Shown in pieces: positions 54,793-63,497 of a stretch of DNA of 64,000 nucleotides. The stretch is from Treponemataceae bacterium (GTDB lineage Bacteria > Spirochaetota > Spirochaetia > Treponematales > Treponemataceae): assembly GCA_045599005.1 (NCBI GenBank), contig JAZRVF010000002.1, positions 19,317-83,316 on the forward strand. Direction: 5' to 3'. A program made the translations under genes and the position numbers. The notes beneath the pieces were generated by a model. It had not been told where the DNA came from, did not search any database, and saw only the letters and a program-made list of their open reading frames with translations. How positions within the stretch are numbered: the first letter of the stretch is position 1; the number at the start of each line of letters is the position of its first letter.

Positions 54793-55998
54793 ATGATCAA
54801 GCGTGAAATCTCAGAACAGATTGCAACTTATATGACCCAGTATTTTGCAGTCACAGTTTTTGGTCCCCGTCAATGCGGAAAGACTACACTGGCAAAAAAT
54901 CTGTTCAGTGAATTCTCCTATGCGAATCTTGAAGATATAAACACAAGAATTCTGGCAAAGGAAGATCCGGAAGAATTTTTCACACGTTTTCCAGAACCTG
55001 TGATTATTGATGAAATTCAACGAGTACCGGAACTTTTAAGCACAGTTCAGGTCAGGATCGACAGATTCAGAAAAAAAGGGCAGTACATCATTACAGGAAG
55101 TCAGCAGATTTCATTAAAAAGTTCCATTTCACAGTCTCTTGCCGGCCGTACTGCCATAGTTCAAATGCAGGCACTTTCAATGCACGAGCTCAAGACAGCT
55201 GGTATTGAAATGGAAAGGGATGTCCAGCTTGTATCTGGCTTTATGCCCTATCTTTTTACTCAAAGTGGTCTTTCGCCTTTTGATTACTATAAAAACTATG
55301 TAAATACTTATCTCGAACGTGATATCGCACAGATTGGTGCCGTTCAGGATTTAACAAGATTCAGGAAATTTATGAGACTGCTTGCAGGAAGAATTGGTCA
55401 GCTTGTAAACAATTCCGCAATTGCACAGGAAGTTGGTGTTTCCAGCGTTACAATCGGTTCCTGGATCTCGATACTGGAGTCTTCTCATATTATTTTTGTT
55501 CTGCAGCCATGGTATATAAACAGAACCAGCCAGATAGTAAAAACCCCTAAGATATATTTTTGCGATACAGGCCTTGCCGCATATCTTCTTGAAATCGAAA
55601 GTCCATCCCAGATGCAGCGGGATCCTCTTATGGGAAATCTTTTTGAAAATCTTGTTTTCCTGGAAGCATTAAAAACCAGACTGAACACAGGCTGCGAACC
55701 TGATTTATATTTTTTTAGGAACAGCAAGGGCTTGGAAGTGGATATTCTGCTTTCGGAACGTAACAGACTTGAACTTTTTGAAATAAAAAGCGGTAAAGCA
55801 ATCAATGCGGAATTTACGGCAAATATGAAAAAGTTTTCACAATTATACAGTGATCATATAACTGACTCGGAAACCAAAGGAACAGTAATTTACAGCGGTG
55901 AAAATTACCTGAATGTGAACGGATACGAGTATCTGAATTTTCATGAGATTCATAGGAAGTTTATGAGAAAAGAAGAAAAGTTTACATTGGAATTTTGA
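54793..55998 (+). CDS. AAA+ ATPase of the AAA_14 + DUF4143 (COG1373) family
   Basis: …FGPRQCGKTTLAKNLF… (Walker A), …VIIDEIQRVPELL… (Walker B), and a C-terminal …PKIYFCDTGLAAYLL… typical of DUF4143. Confidence 0.8.
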   Translation: MIKREISEQIATYMTQYFAVTVFGPRQCGKTTLAKNLFSEFSYANLEDINTRILAKEDPEEFFTRFPEPVIIDEIQRVPELLSTVQVRIDRFRKKGQYIITGSQQISLKSSISQSLAGRTAIVQMQALSMHELKTAGIEMERDVQLVSGFMPYLFTQSGLSPFDYYKNYVNTYLERDIAQIGAVQDLTRFRKFMRLLAGRIGQLVNNSAIAQEVGVSSVTIGSWISILESSHIIFVLQPWYINRTSQIVKTPKIYFCDTGLAAYLLEIESPSQMQRDPLMGNLFENLVFLEALKTRLNTGCEPDLYFFRNSKGLEVDILLSERNRLELFEIKSGKAINAEFTANMKKFSQLYSDHITDSETKGTVIYSGENYLNVNGYEYLNFHEIHRKFMRKEEKFTLEF

Positions 55999-56016
55999 GA
56001 TGGGGTTTTTGACATG

Positions 56017-56025
56017 TGGTATAAT
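56017..56025 (+). promoter_or_regulatory. Extended -10 promoter element upstream of the glycan cluster
   Basis: TGGTATAAT (TGn + TATAAT) at 56017-56025, about 120 nt upstream of the wHTH gene. Confidence 0.3.
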
Positions 56026-56146
56026 AAGGACGTTTTTTAAGCATTTCATTGTTTATAAAATTTTGTATTTGCATTAAAATGTTCATAGAAGTGAACGATA
56101 GTTCTGTTCATATAGCAATTTAGATATTTATAGAGTGGGTGTGTAA

Positions 56147-56674
56147 ATGGAGCAGGATTTAGCGACTTTACAAGTTATTTCGGAAACATTGAAAGAAGAT
56201 CCTCTGGCAAGTCAGAGAACGTTGGCAAAAAAGGCGAATATGTCTTTAGGTTTAATGAATGCTATTTTGCAGCGTTTTGTTGAACGTGGCTGGATTATGT
56301 TGACGAATGTAAATGGTCGTAAACTTGCTTATGCGATTACTGCTGAGGGAATATCGGAACTTACAAAAAGAGGTAAATCTTTTGCTTTACGAACATTTAA
56401 ATTGGCAAATGTTTACAGTGAAGCATTTTGTAAGAGATTAATCGAAGAAAAAGCTTCTGGTAAAACAAAAGTGATTCTATATGGTGATAGCTATATAAAA
56501 TTTATTATCAAATATGCCTGTAGTGAAGTAGGCCTAGGGTTTGAGCAAAAAGAAACAACGGCAAAAGTTTTGGCAGAGGAAGTTTGTCTTGCTGGTGAAT
56601 TGAATGATGATGATGTTCAGAAGAAATTGATTGAAAATGGTTGTTTTAATTTAGTTGAGATGGTTTCAAAATGA
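56147..56674 (+). CDS. Winged helix-turn-helix (MarR-like) regulator at head of polysaccharide cluster
   Basis: …DPLASQRTLAKKANMSLGLMNAILQRFVERGWI…GRKLAYAITAEG… is a wHTH. The C-terminal ~90 aa is of unknown function. Confidence 0.6.
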   Translation: MEQDLATLQVISETLKEDPLASQRTLAKKANMSLGLMNAILQRFVERGWIMLTNVNGRKLAYAITAEGISELTKRGKSFALRTFKLANVYSEAFCKRLIEEKASGKTKVILYGDSYIKFIIKYACSEVGLGFEQKETTAKVLAEEVCLAGELNDDDVQKKLIENGCFNLVEMVSK

Positions 56675-56729
56675 AGAAAACCAATAAGGGATTGAGCTTG
56701 AATAAATCGTGTAATTTGGGTGGAATATA

Positions 56730-58181
56730 ATGTTATCCATAAAGAGAAAAAAGGATTATTTTTCCCTCACAATTGCGTTTTTTTGCGTAAGTGTAATGTG
56801 TGGAGAAGTTTTGTATATAGCAAATAATAATATAATAAGTCTCACAACAGGTTTTATAATTGGGTATATTGCTATCTTTTTGCGTCAACTTTTAATTGGA
56901 AATTTATATTCCCTATATAGTTTTTACCTCATAACATCAGCTTTTTTTATGTATGATAAATTTATTGTTGGTCCTATACTTGGAAAAGGCGTAATGTCGA
57001 TAAATTTTGCTGGAAGATATGTTTTTCCAGATTGGGTTGGAGAAACTTTTGTATTCATAGCAGCAGTCTCTGTTTTAACCATAGATATATTATATACAAT
57101 CTATAATGTGAAGAGTAATTATTTAATTGGTACTTCAGGAGAAAAGTCAATCTATGATAGTGATAGTTTTATAAGAACTGATAATTTTTATTTCAAATTG
57201 GGTCTTATAATAATGGGTTGCTTTATAGTACCGCTTGTATACAAAATTATTTTGCAGGTACAGCATCAAAAGTCTTTTGCTAATTATGCAATTGCAAATT
57301 TCACTGGACAGGAAGATAACACTCAATACCCATGGTGGACAAAAGGTTCTGGAACATTTTTTTATATTGGATTTTTACTATTTGTTTATTCTTTTCCAAC
57401 AGTAAAAAAAGCTAAATATGGATATTTTCTTTTCTTTGTAATGATGTTAGTTACAGCATTAAAGGGAGGAAGAGCTTTTTTCTTTACTTATATACTTACC
57501 TTACCATTGTTATATAAAAAATTATACAATAAAAAGTTATCCAAAAGTGCTTTAGTATTATTAGCAGTATTATGTATTTGTGCTGCAATTCTTTTAGATA
57601 ATTTCAGATCAAATGTCAGTGGCAAATTGGAAAGTGATTTTTTGTTGGAGTTTTTAGATGGGCAAACCACTACGATGGGAGTTCCATATGTGTATATTGA
57701 AAATCATGGAGATCTGCCATATAAACATTTTCCATTTATTTTTAATTATCTGTTAAATCCAATAAGAAGTAAGTTTATTAGTTTTGGTAATAATGCATCA
57801 GATATATTAAAACAATCAAACAATTATGGTGGAATAGCACTTTACATGTTAAATCCTGATGCACAAGCAATGGGAGGAGGTCTAGGGTTAAATTTCTTAA
57901 CTGAGGCCTATGATTGTTTTGGTTATTTTGGAGTGTTCTTTTGGTCTGTAATCTTAGCGATAATAATAAAATCAATAGATTGCATGAAATATACTTCCAA
58001 AAATAGAAAATTACTTGTTTTTACAATATTGATATATCAGTATATTCTTTTTCTTCCTCGTCATTCTTTTTTTGGAATAACAGATCATATCAAATATGTA
58101 ATAATGTTTTATATATTGTATTTATTTCTTGAATGCAGAAAATACATTGGAAAAATTAGATTGAAAGGAGATTCTATATGA
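56730..58181 (+). CDS. O-antigen/EPS polymerase (Wzy-like) multi-pass membrane protein
   Basis: 483 aa with at least 10 TM helices, very AT-rich codons, and a large loop region; located in a glycosyltransferase cluster. Confidence 0.55.
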   Translation: MLSIKRKKDYFSLTIAFFCVSVMCGEVLYIANNNIISLTTGFIIGYIAIFLRQLLIGNLYSLYSFYLITSAFFMYDKFIVGPILGKGVMSINFAGRYVFPDWVGETFVFIAAVSVLTIDILYTIYNVKSNYLIGTSGEKSIYDSDSFIRTDNFYFKLGLIIMGCFIVPLVYKIILQVQHQKSFANYAIANFTGQEDNTQYPWWTKGSGTFFYIGFLLFVYSFPTVKKAKYGYFLFFVMMLVTALKGGRAFFFTYILTLPLLYKKLYNKKLSKSALVLLAVLCICAAILLDNFRSNVSGKLESDFLLEFLDGQTTTMGVPYVYIENHGDLPYKHFPFIFNYLLNPIRSKFISFGNNASDILKQSNNYGGIALYMLNPDAQAMGGGLGLNFLTEAYDCFGYFGVFFWSVILAIIIKSIDCMKYTSKNRKLLVFTILIYQYILFLPRHSFFGITDHIKYVIMFYILYLFLECRKYIGKIRLKGDSI

Positions 58182-59080
58182 AACTTCAAATCTCGGAACT
58201 TAAAATGAAATTAAAAATTTTAGTATGTTGTCATAAACAAAGTGAACTTCCAGATAATATTGATAATGTTTTTCTTCCAATTCATGTTGGAGCTGCTATT
58301 TCTGATTTAAATCTTGGAATTCAAAGGGATGATCAGGTAAATGGAGAGTCTTGTGAAAATATTAGTAATAAGAATAAAAATTATTGTGAGCTAACAGCTT
58401 TGTATTGGGCTTGGAAAAATATTCGTAATGTTTATCCAACTGTCGAATATATTGGATTAAATCATTATCGTCGTTTCTTTAATTTTGATACACCTTCTGC
58501 TCATGATTGGAATAGGAAACCAGTTTATGATGTAAAAAATTATAAGATTGATTATCGAAGATTGAGTAAAATATTAGAATGCGACATGGGGATAATGGCT
58601 AAGAAAAAAGTTTATCCTTATAGTCTTGCAGTAGATTATTCTGTAGCCCATGTGAGTGATGATCTTAGGATCTTAGGAGAAATTATAAAAGACAATTATA
58701 CAGATTATTACCCAGCGTTTGTGAAATATTTTTATTGTAATAATAAATTATCACATTTTAATATGTTTATTTGGAAATATGATGATTTTACCAAATATTG
58801 TGAATGGCTTTTTGGTATTCTTTTCGAGGCAGAGAAAAGAATTGATATTTCAAATTATAGTGCTGTTCAGTCACGTATTTGGGGATATATGGCTGAACGA
58901 TTATTAAATGTTTATATAGAAAAAAATGGTATGAAAATGAAGTTTTTTCCTGTAAATATATATAATGATACAACAGAAAGCAATTTTAAATATTGGGCAA
59001 ATAGAATACGATATAATATTTCTTTTTTACTTTCTAAACCTAGATTTAGAAATGTATGGATTGAAAAAAATGAAGAATGA
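58178..59080 (+). CDS. DUF4422-domain glycosyltransferase (Galf-transferase-like)
   Basis: KILVCCHKQSELP…FLPIHVGAAIS…NISNKNKNYCELTALYWAWKNI…YIGLNHYRRFF is a strong DUF4422 signature. Confidence 0.8.
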   Translation: MKLQISELKMKLKILVCCHKQSELPDNIDNVFLPIHVGAAISDLNLGIQRDDQVNGESCENISNKNKNYCELTALYWAWKNIRNVYPTVEYIGLNHYRRFFNFDTPSAHDWNRKPVYDVKNYKIDYRRLSKILECDMGIMAKKKVYPYSLAVDYSVAHVSDDLRILGEIIKDNYTDYYPAFVKYFYCNNKLSHFNMFIWKYDDFTKYCEWLFGILFEAEKRIDISNYSAVQSRIWGYMAERLLNVYIEKNGMKMKFFPVNIYNDTTESNFKYWANRIRYNISFLLSKPRFRNVWIEKNEE

Positions 59081-59095
59081 TATTGGAGTTTTTTT

Positions 59096-60046
59096 ATGGA
59101 TGAAAGGGGATTAACTTCAAGTGTGTTAATGGCTACATACAACGGTATGAAATTTCTCATCCCACAGCTGGATTCAATTAGACTTCAAACGGTACCAGCT
59201 GATGAGGTTGTTATTTGTGATGATGGTTCAACCGATGAAACTGTTGAAACAATAAAAGCGTATATTGAAAAATATAACCTTGTTTCTTGGCATGTTTCTA
59301 AAAATAGTGAAAATAAGGGTTGGATGTTGAATTTTATGGATATGGCGATAAATTGCCATACTGATTTAGTGTTCTTCTCTGATCAGGATGATATTTGGAG
59401 TCATAAAAAAATAGAACAAATGAAAAATACTATGTCTGAAAATCCAAACATTGATTTGTTATATTCGAACTATAAACTTATCGAAAATATTTCTGCTTCA
59501 GATGAACGAGGAGAGTGGAAAGTTAATGCAAAACCTAAAATTAGACATAATTCAGATATTTTTAAATATTCAATGGTCCGTATGGGATGTGCGTTCTGTT
59601 TAAGAAAAACTTTTATAGATGAAATTAAAGGATTGTACTGGGAGGGGTGTCCTCATGATTCTTTTTTCTATCGAGCAGCCTTAGTTAAAGGTTCCTTATA
59701 TAATCTTAACTCTATACTTATTTACCATAGAATACATGGCAATAATGCAAGTGCTATGACTTTGGCTGAGCAAAAGTCAGCTGATATGTTGACCTATAAA
59801 CTTGGTAGTGTTCATCATATGATAGAATATGCAAATTTGATAGGAAATACAAATGCGGTTGGTATTTTAAATAAAGCCCTAGAATGGAATGAAAAGAGAA
59901 TTGTCTTTTATGAGAAGCCAACTATAAAAAAATATTTAAGGCTTTTGAAATATTTTAAATACTATTTTAGATTTAGGACTTTTCTTAAAGAATTATTTAT
60001 TGCCTATGCAAATAAAGACGGGGGTATAAATGAAACAGCAAGTTGA
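59096..60046 (+). CDS. Glycosyltransferase family 2
   Basis: SVLMATYNGMKFLIPQLDSI…VVICDDGSTDETV…FSDQDDIW… (DxD motifs) is GT-A fold, WbbL/rhamnosyltransferase-like. Confidence 0.8.
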   Translation: MDERGLTSSVLMATYNGMKFLIPQLDSIRLQTVPADEVVICDDGSTDETVETIKAYIEKYNLVSWHVSKNSENKGWMLNFMDMAINCHTDLVFFSDQDDIWSHKKIEQMKNTMSENPNIDLLYSNYKLIENISASDERGEWKVNAKPKIRHNSDIFKYSMVRMGCAFCLRKTFIDEIKGLYWEGCPHDSFFYRAALVKGSLYNLNSILIYHRIHGNNASAMTLAEQKSADMLTYKLGSVHHMIEYANLIGNTNAVGILNKALEWNEKRIVFYEKPTIKKYLRLLKYFKYYFRFRTFLKELFIAYANKDGGINETAS

Positions 60047-60869
60047 TGAGGAATATTTAGCAAAATTAAGAAAAATACAATGTTTACAACTAAAAATTGC
60101 AAAAGAAATAAAGAGGGTTTGTGAAGAGAACAGAATATCGTATTTTTTAATTGGAGGAACTTTATTAGGGGCTGTTCGACATAAAGGTTTTATTCCATGG
60201 GATGATGATCTAGATATTGGAATGAGACGATGTGATTATGATCGGTTTATTGAGATATGCAAGACAGAATTGGGTAAAGAGTTTTTTTTGCAAACTATAG
60301 ATTCGGATCTTTCATATGGAAATTTTTTTGCTAAAATTCGACTTAATGGAACTCACTTTAGAGAGGAGGTTGCTTCTATTATTAATGGAAATGATGGAAT
60401 ATATGTGGATATATTTCCATTTGATAACACAACGGAAAATGAACAAAAACGCAAAAGATATATAAAACATATAAATACCCTTACTAATCTCTATCGATAT
60501 AAGAAAGGTTACAAGATGTGGAATAAGGATTTCCTGCATACTTGTTATTTTTATCTTTTAAAATTTCGTGCTATGTTTAAAACTTATGCCTCTTTGGAAA
60601 AACATGTGAATGAAATTGTTTTCAGTTCAGAAAACACAAGTTATGAATATATGATTAATTATTTCGACTGTACACAGAGAAAGGAGTATCTTAGCATAGA
60701 AGGGTTAAATAATTTAATTGATTATGCATTTGAAGATGATTATTTTAAGGGACCTTGTGATGCGAAAGAGTATCTTTTAAGGACTTATGGAGATTATATG
60801 CAATTACCTCCTGAGGATAAGCGGTACAATCGTCATAATATAATAAGTATTGATTTTGGAAATTATTAG
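60030..60869 (+). CDS. LicD-family phosphotransferase
   Basis: …ISYFLIGGTLLGAVRHKGFIPWDDDLDIGM… and …DIFPFD… are LicD hallmarks. Confidence 0.85.
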   Translation: MKQQVDEEYLAKLRKIQCLQLKIAKEIKRVCEENRISYFLIGGTLLGAVRHKGFIPWDDDLDIGMRRCDYDRFIEICKTELGKEFFLQTIDSDLSYGNFFAKIRLNGTHFREEVASIINGNDGIYVDIFPFDNTTENEQKRKRYIKHINTLTNLYRYKKGYKMWNKDFLHTCYFYLLKFRAMFKTYASLEKHVNEIVFSSENTSYEYMINYFDCTQRKEYLSIEGLNNLIDYAFEDDYFKGPCDAKEYLLRTYGDYMQLPPEDKRYNRHNIISIDFGNY

Positions 60870-60870
60870 A

Positions 60871-61938
60871 ATGATATTTGATGATTATGAAATAACAGAA
60901 TACAAAAAAATTGTTCAAGTAAGAACGGAATGGGAAATGTTGTTTTTATTACATAATACTTCGTATTGTCAATCATATAACTTTATGAGTTATATTGAGA
61001 GGTTTTGTCAGGAAAATGTATTTAAGAAACTTTTTTGGGGAAAGTTACGATATATACGAATAAAAAGAAATAATGAATGTTTGCTGATAGCCCCGTTTCT
61101 TTTGAGAGGTCAAAAAGCTTATTTGTTAGGAGAGAAAGCTCCTGTGGATTACTTTGGTTTTGTCTATGCAAATAATTCCATTGAAAGCTTGGAAATTCTT
61201 TTAAGGTATTTAAAATTTAAATATAGAATTAAGCATATAAATTTTGGACTTCTGCCAGTTTCACAAACAAGAATAATGGATTTATTCTATGCTCTTTCAA
61301 CTGAAAAATATCATATAGAAACATCGGTGGGGCAAAATGCAGCCTTAGAATATAGTTTTAAGAGTTTTGATGAGTATTTTAAATCTCTTTCAAAAAGTGT
61401 TCGACAAAATTATAGGACTGCAATTAACAGAAGTAAAACTGATGGTATTGAATTTTCTTTCGAATTTTATTCAGAAATTCCGAATTCTGTTATAAAAAGA
61501 TTTTTGATAGATCACAAAAATCGCTTAAATTCACGCTACTCAAATGGTCGTCCAAAAATAATAGAAACATTACTTTCTCCATATAGAAACATTATTTATG
61601 GAAAATGGAGAAGGGACCAACCGATATATTGGTCTATGAAAGAAAATAAAGATCATATTTTGTGTGTTGCATATTTAAATAAAAAACCTGCAGCTTATTT
61701 TTATGGTCTTATTTCAGAGTCACTAGGAAAGAGAAGAATTAATTTTTTAAGGGCTTGTGTGAATGTAGAAGAGTTTGGAAAATATTCTCCAGGAATAGTC
61801 TTAGGAATTGAATTAATAAAACATTTTGGAAATAACTTTGATATATATGATTTTACGATTGGTAATGAACAATATAAATATCAGTTAGGATGTAAGGACT
61901 TTGAAAACCTATGGACAACAGTTGATATATTAAACTAA
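60871..61938 (+). CDS. GNAT-fold acetyltransferase (BioF2-like/Acetyltransf_6, FemAB-like)
   Basis: The ORF track starts at TTG 60850; ATG 60871 follows the LicD stop. …FDEYFKSLSKSVRQNYRTAINRSKTDGIEF… is typical of PF13480-type proteins in EPS clusters. Confidence 0.45.
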   Translation: MIFDDYEITEYKKIVQVRTEWEMLFLLHNTSYCQSYNFMSYIERFCQENVFKKLFWGKLRYIRIKRNNECLLIAPFLLRGQKAYLLGEKAPVDYFGFVYANNSIESLEILLRYLKFKYRIKHINFGLLPVSQTRIMDLFYALSTEKYHIETSVGQNAALEYSFKSFDEYFKSLSKSVRQNYRTAINRSKTDGIEFSFEFYSEIPNSVIKRFLIDHKNRLNSRYSNGRPKIIETLLSPYRNIIYGKWRRDQPIYWSMKENKDHILCVAYLNKKPAAYFYGLISESLGKRRINFLRACVNVEEFGKYSPGIVLGIELIKHFGNNFDIYDFTIGNEQYKYQLGCKDFENLWTTVDILN

Positions 61939-61958
61939 TCAAAAGGAGTAAAAAGCGT

Positions 61959-63032
61959 ATGTTGAATTTTACTGTTGGACCTGTAATGTCAGATTCGAGT
62001 ATTTTGAAAGAAGGTGGAAAATCAGCTCCTTATTTTAGAACAACAGAATTTTCTGAAATAATGATTGAGAATGAAAAATTGATGCTTGAATTTTTAAATG
62101 CACCAAAAAACAGTAGATGTATATTTCTTACAGCATCAGGAACTGGAGCAATGGAATCTTGTGTAATGAATCTCCTGACAAGTAAAGATAAAGTTCTTGT
62201 AGTAAATGGGGGCAGTTTTGGGCAGAGATTTGTTGAAATGTGTCAACTTCATAAATTGAATTATACAGAGATTGTATGTGAATTTGGAAAGCAAATAAAG
62301 AAAGAAGAGTTAGACTTATTTGAAGGAAAGGGATATTCAGCTTTTCTCGTAAATATGGGTGAAACCTCATCTGGTATACTCTATGATATGAAATTAATAT
62401 CAGAATTTTGCAAAAAAAATAATATTTTTCTTATCATAGATGCAATTAGTACTTTTATTGCGGATGAAATAGATATGTCAGAATTGAATGCTGGTGCTAT
62501 TATAACTGGATCCCAAAAAGCATTAGCAGTTCATCCAGGTATTTCTATTATAGCTCTTTCTTCCTTTGCCGTGAATCGTGTAGAAAATAATCCTGAAGTT
62601 TGTATGTATTTAAGTATGAAACAAGCGTTAAAAAATGGAGAAAGGGGGCAAACTCCTTGGACTCCTGCAGTAACAATATTACTTGAAATTAATAAACGAC
62701 TAAAGTCCATAAAAGAAAATGGAGGAATAGTTGTTGCAAGAAATCAAATTAAAAACATCGCAAATGGTTTTAGAAAATTTATAAGAGATTATCCTTTTGA
62801 GTTTGTAGCTGAGTCAATGTCAAATACTGTTACATCTTTAAGACCTTGTAATACTAGCGCTAAATTGATTATTGAGACTATGAAAACTGATTATGGTATA
62901 TGGTTATGTCCTAATGGTGGTGAAAAGGCTGAAACAGTTTTTCGAGTTGGGCACATTGGTAATATTACGGAGTCGGATAATATGAAATTGATGGATGCAT
63001 TTATCGATATGAGTAATAGGGGCTTATTATAA
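61959..63032 (+). CDS. Class V (AGAT/PhnW/SerC-like) PLP-dependent aminotransferase
   Basis: …FTVGPVM…, …FLTASGTGAMES…, …IIDAISTF… and …ITGSQKAL (PLP Lys) are pattern matches to class V aminotransferases. Confidence 0.7.
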   Translation: MLNFTVGPVMSDSSILKEGGKSAPYFRTTEFSEIMIENEKLMLEFLNAPKNSRCIFLTASGTGAMESCVMNLLTSKDKVLVVNGGSFGQRFVEMCQLHKLNYTEIVCEFGKQIKKEELDLFEGKGYSAFLVNMGETSSGILYDMKLISEFCKKNNIFLIIDAISTFIADEIDMSELNAGAIITGSQKALAVHPGISIIALSSFAVNRVENNPEVCMYLSMKQALKNGERGQTPWTPAVTILLEINKRLKSIKENGGIVVARNQIKNIANGFRKFIRDYPFEFVAESMSNTVTSLRPCNTSAKLIIETMKTDYGIWLCPNGGEKAETVFRVGHIGNITESDNMKLMDAFIDMSNRGLL

Positions 63033-63496
63033 TGATAGGAAATAAAACAGTAGTATATACAAGTGGAACATTTGATATGCTTCATGCTAATCATATTAAA
63101 ATGATTGAATATGCACGTTCTCTTGGAGATCTTTTGATAGTTGGTGTTAATACAGACGAATTAGTTGCTTCTTATAAATCAGAACCAATTATACCATTTG
63201 ATGAACGTATTGCTCTTGTGAAAGCCTTAAAGTATCCAGATATCGTAATTCCTCAAAAATCATTGAATCATGCAGATAAAGTAAAAAAATTACATTTTGA
63301 TATTTTTGTCGTAGGTGATGATTGGGCAGGTAAATATGATTACCTCGAAGAACAAGGTGTTACGGTTGTTTATTTTCCATATGGACAAGGGATTAGTTCT
63401 ACGGAATTAAAGAATAGAATATATGATAGATATAAGAAACTTCATGATGAAGCTGATAATCATTTTCCATTAGATACAGATGTTACGAAGGGATAA
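63032..63496 (+). CDS. Cytidylyltransferase-family protein (TagD/glycerol-3-phosphate cytidylyltransferase-like)
   Basis: VVYTSGTFDMLHANHIKMIEYA (HxGH-type motif) and …LIVGVNTDELV…. Start overlaps the previous stop (TAATG). Confidence 0.75.
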   Translation: MIGNKTVVYTSGTFDMLHANHIKMIEYARSLGDLLIVGVNTDELVASYKSEPIIPFDERIALVKALKYPDIVIPQKSLNHADKVKKLHFDIFVVGDDWAGKYDYLEEQGVTVVYFPYGQGISSTELKNRIYDRYKKLHDEADNHFPLDTDVTKG

Positions 63497-63497
63497 T

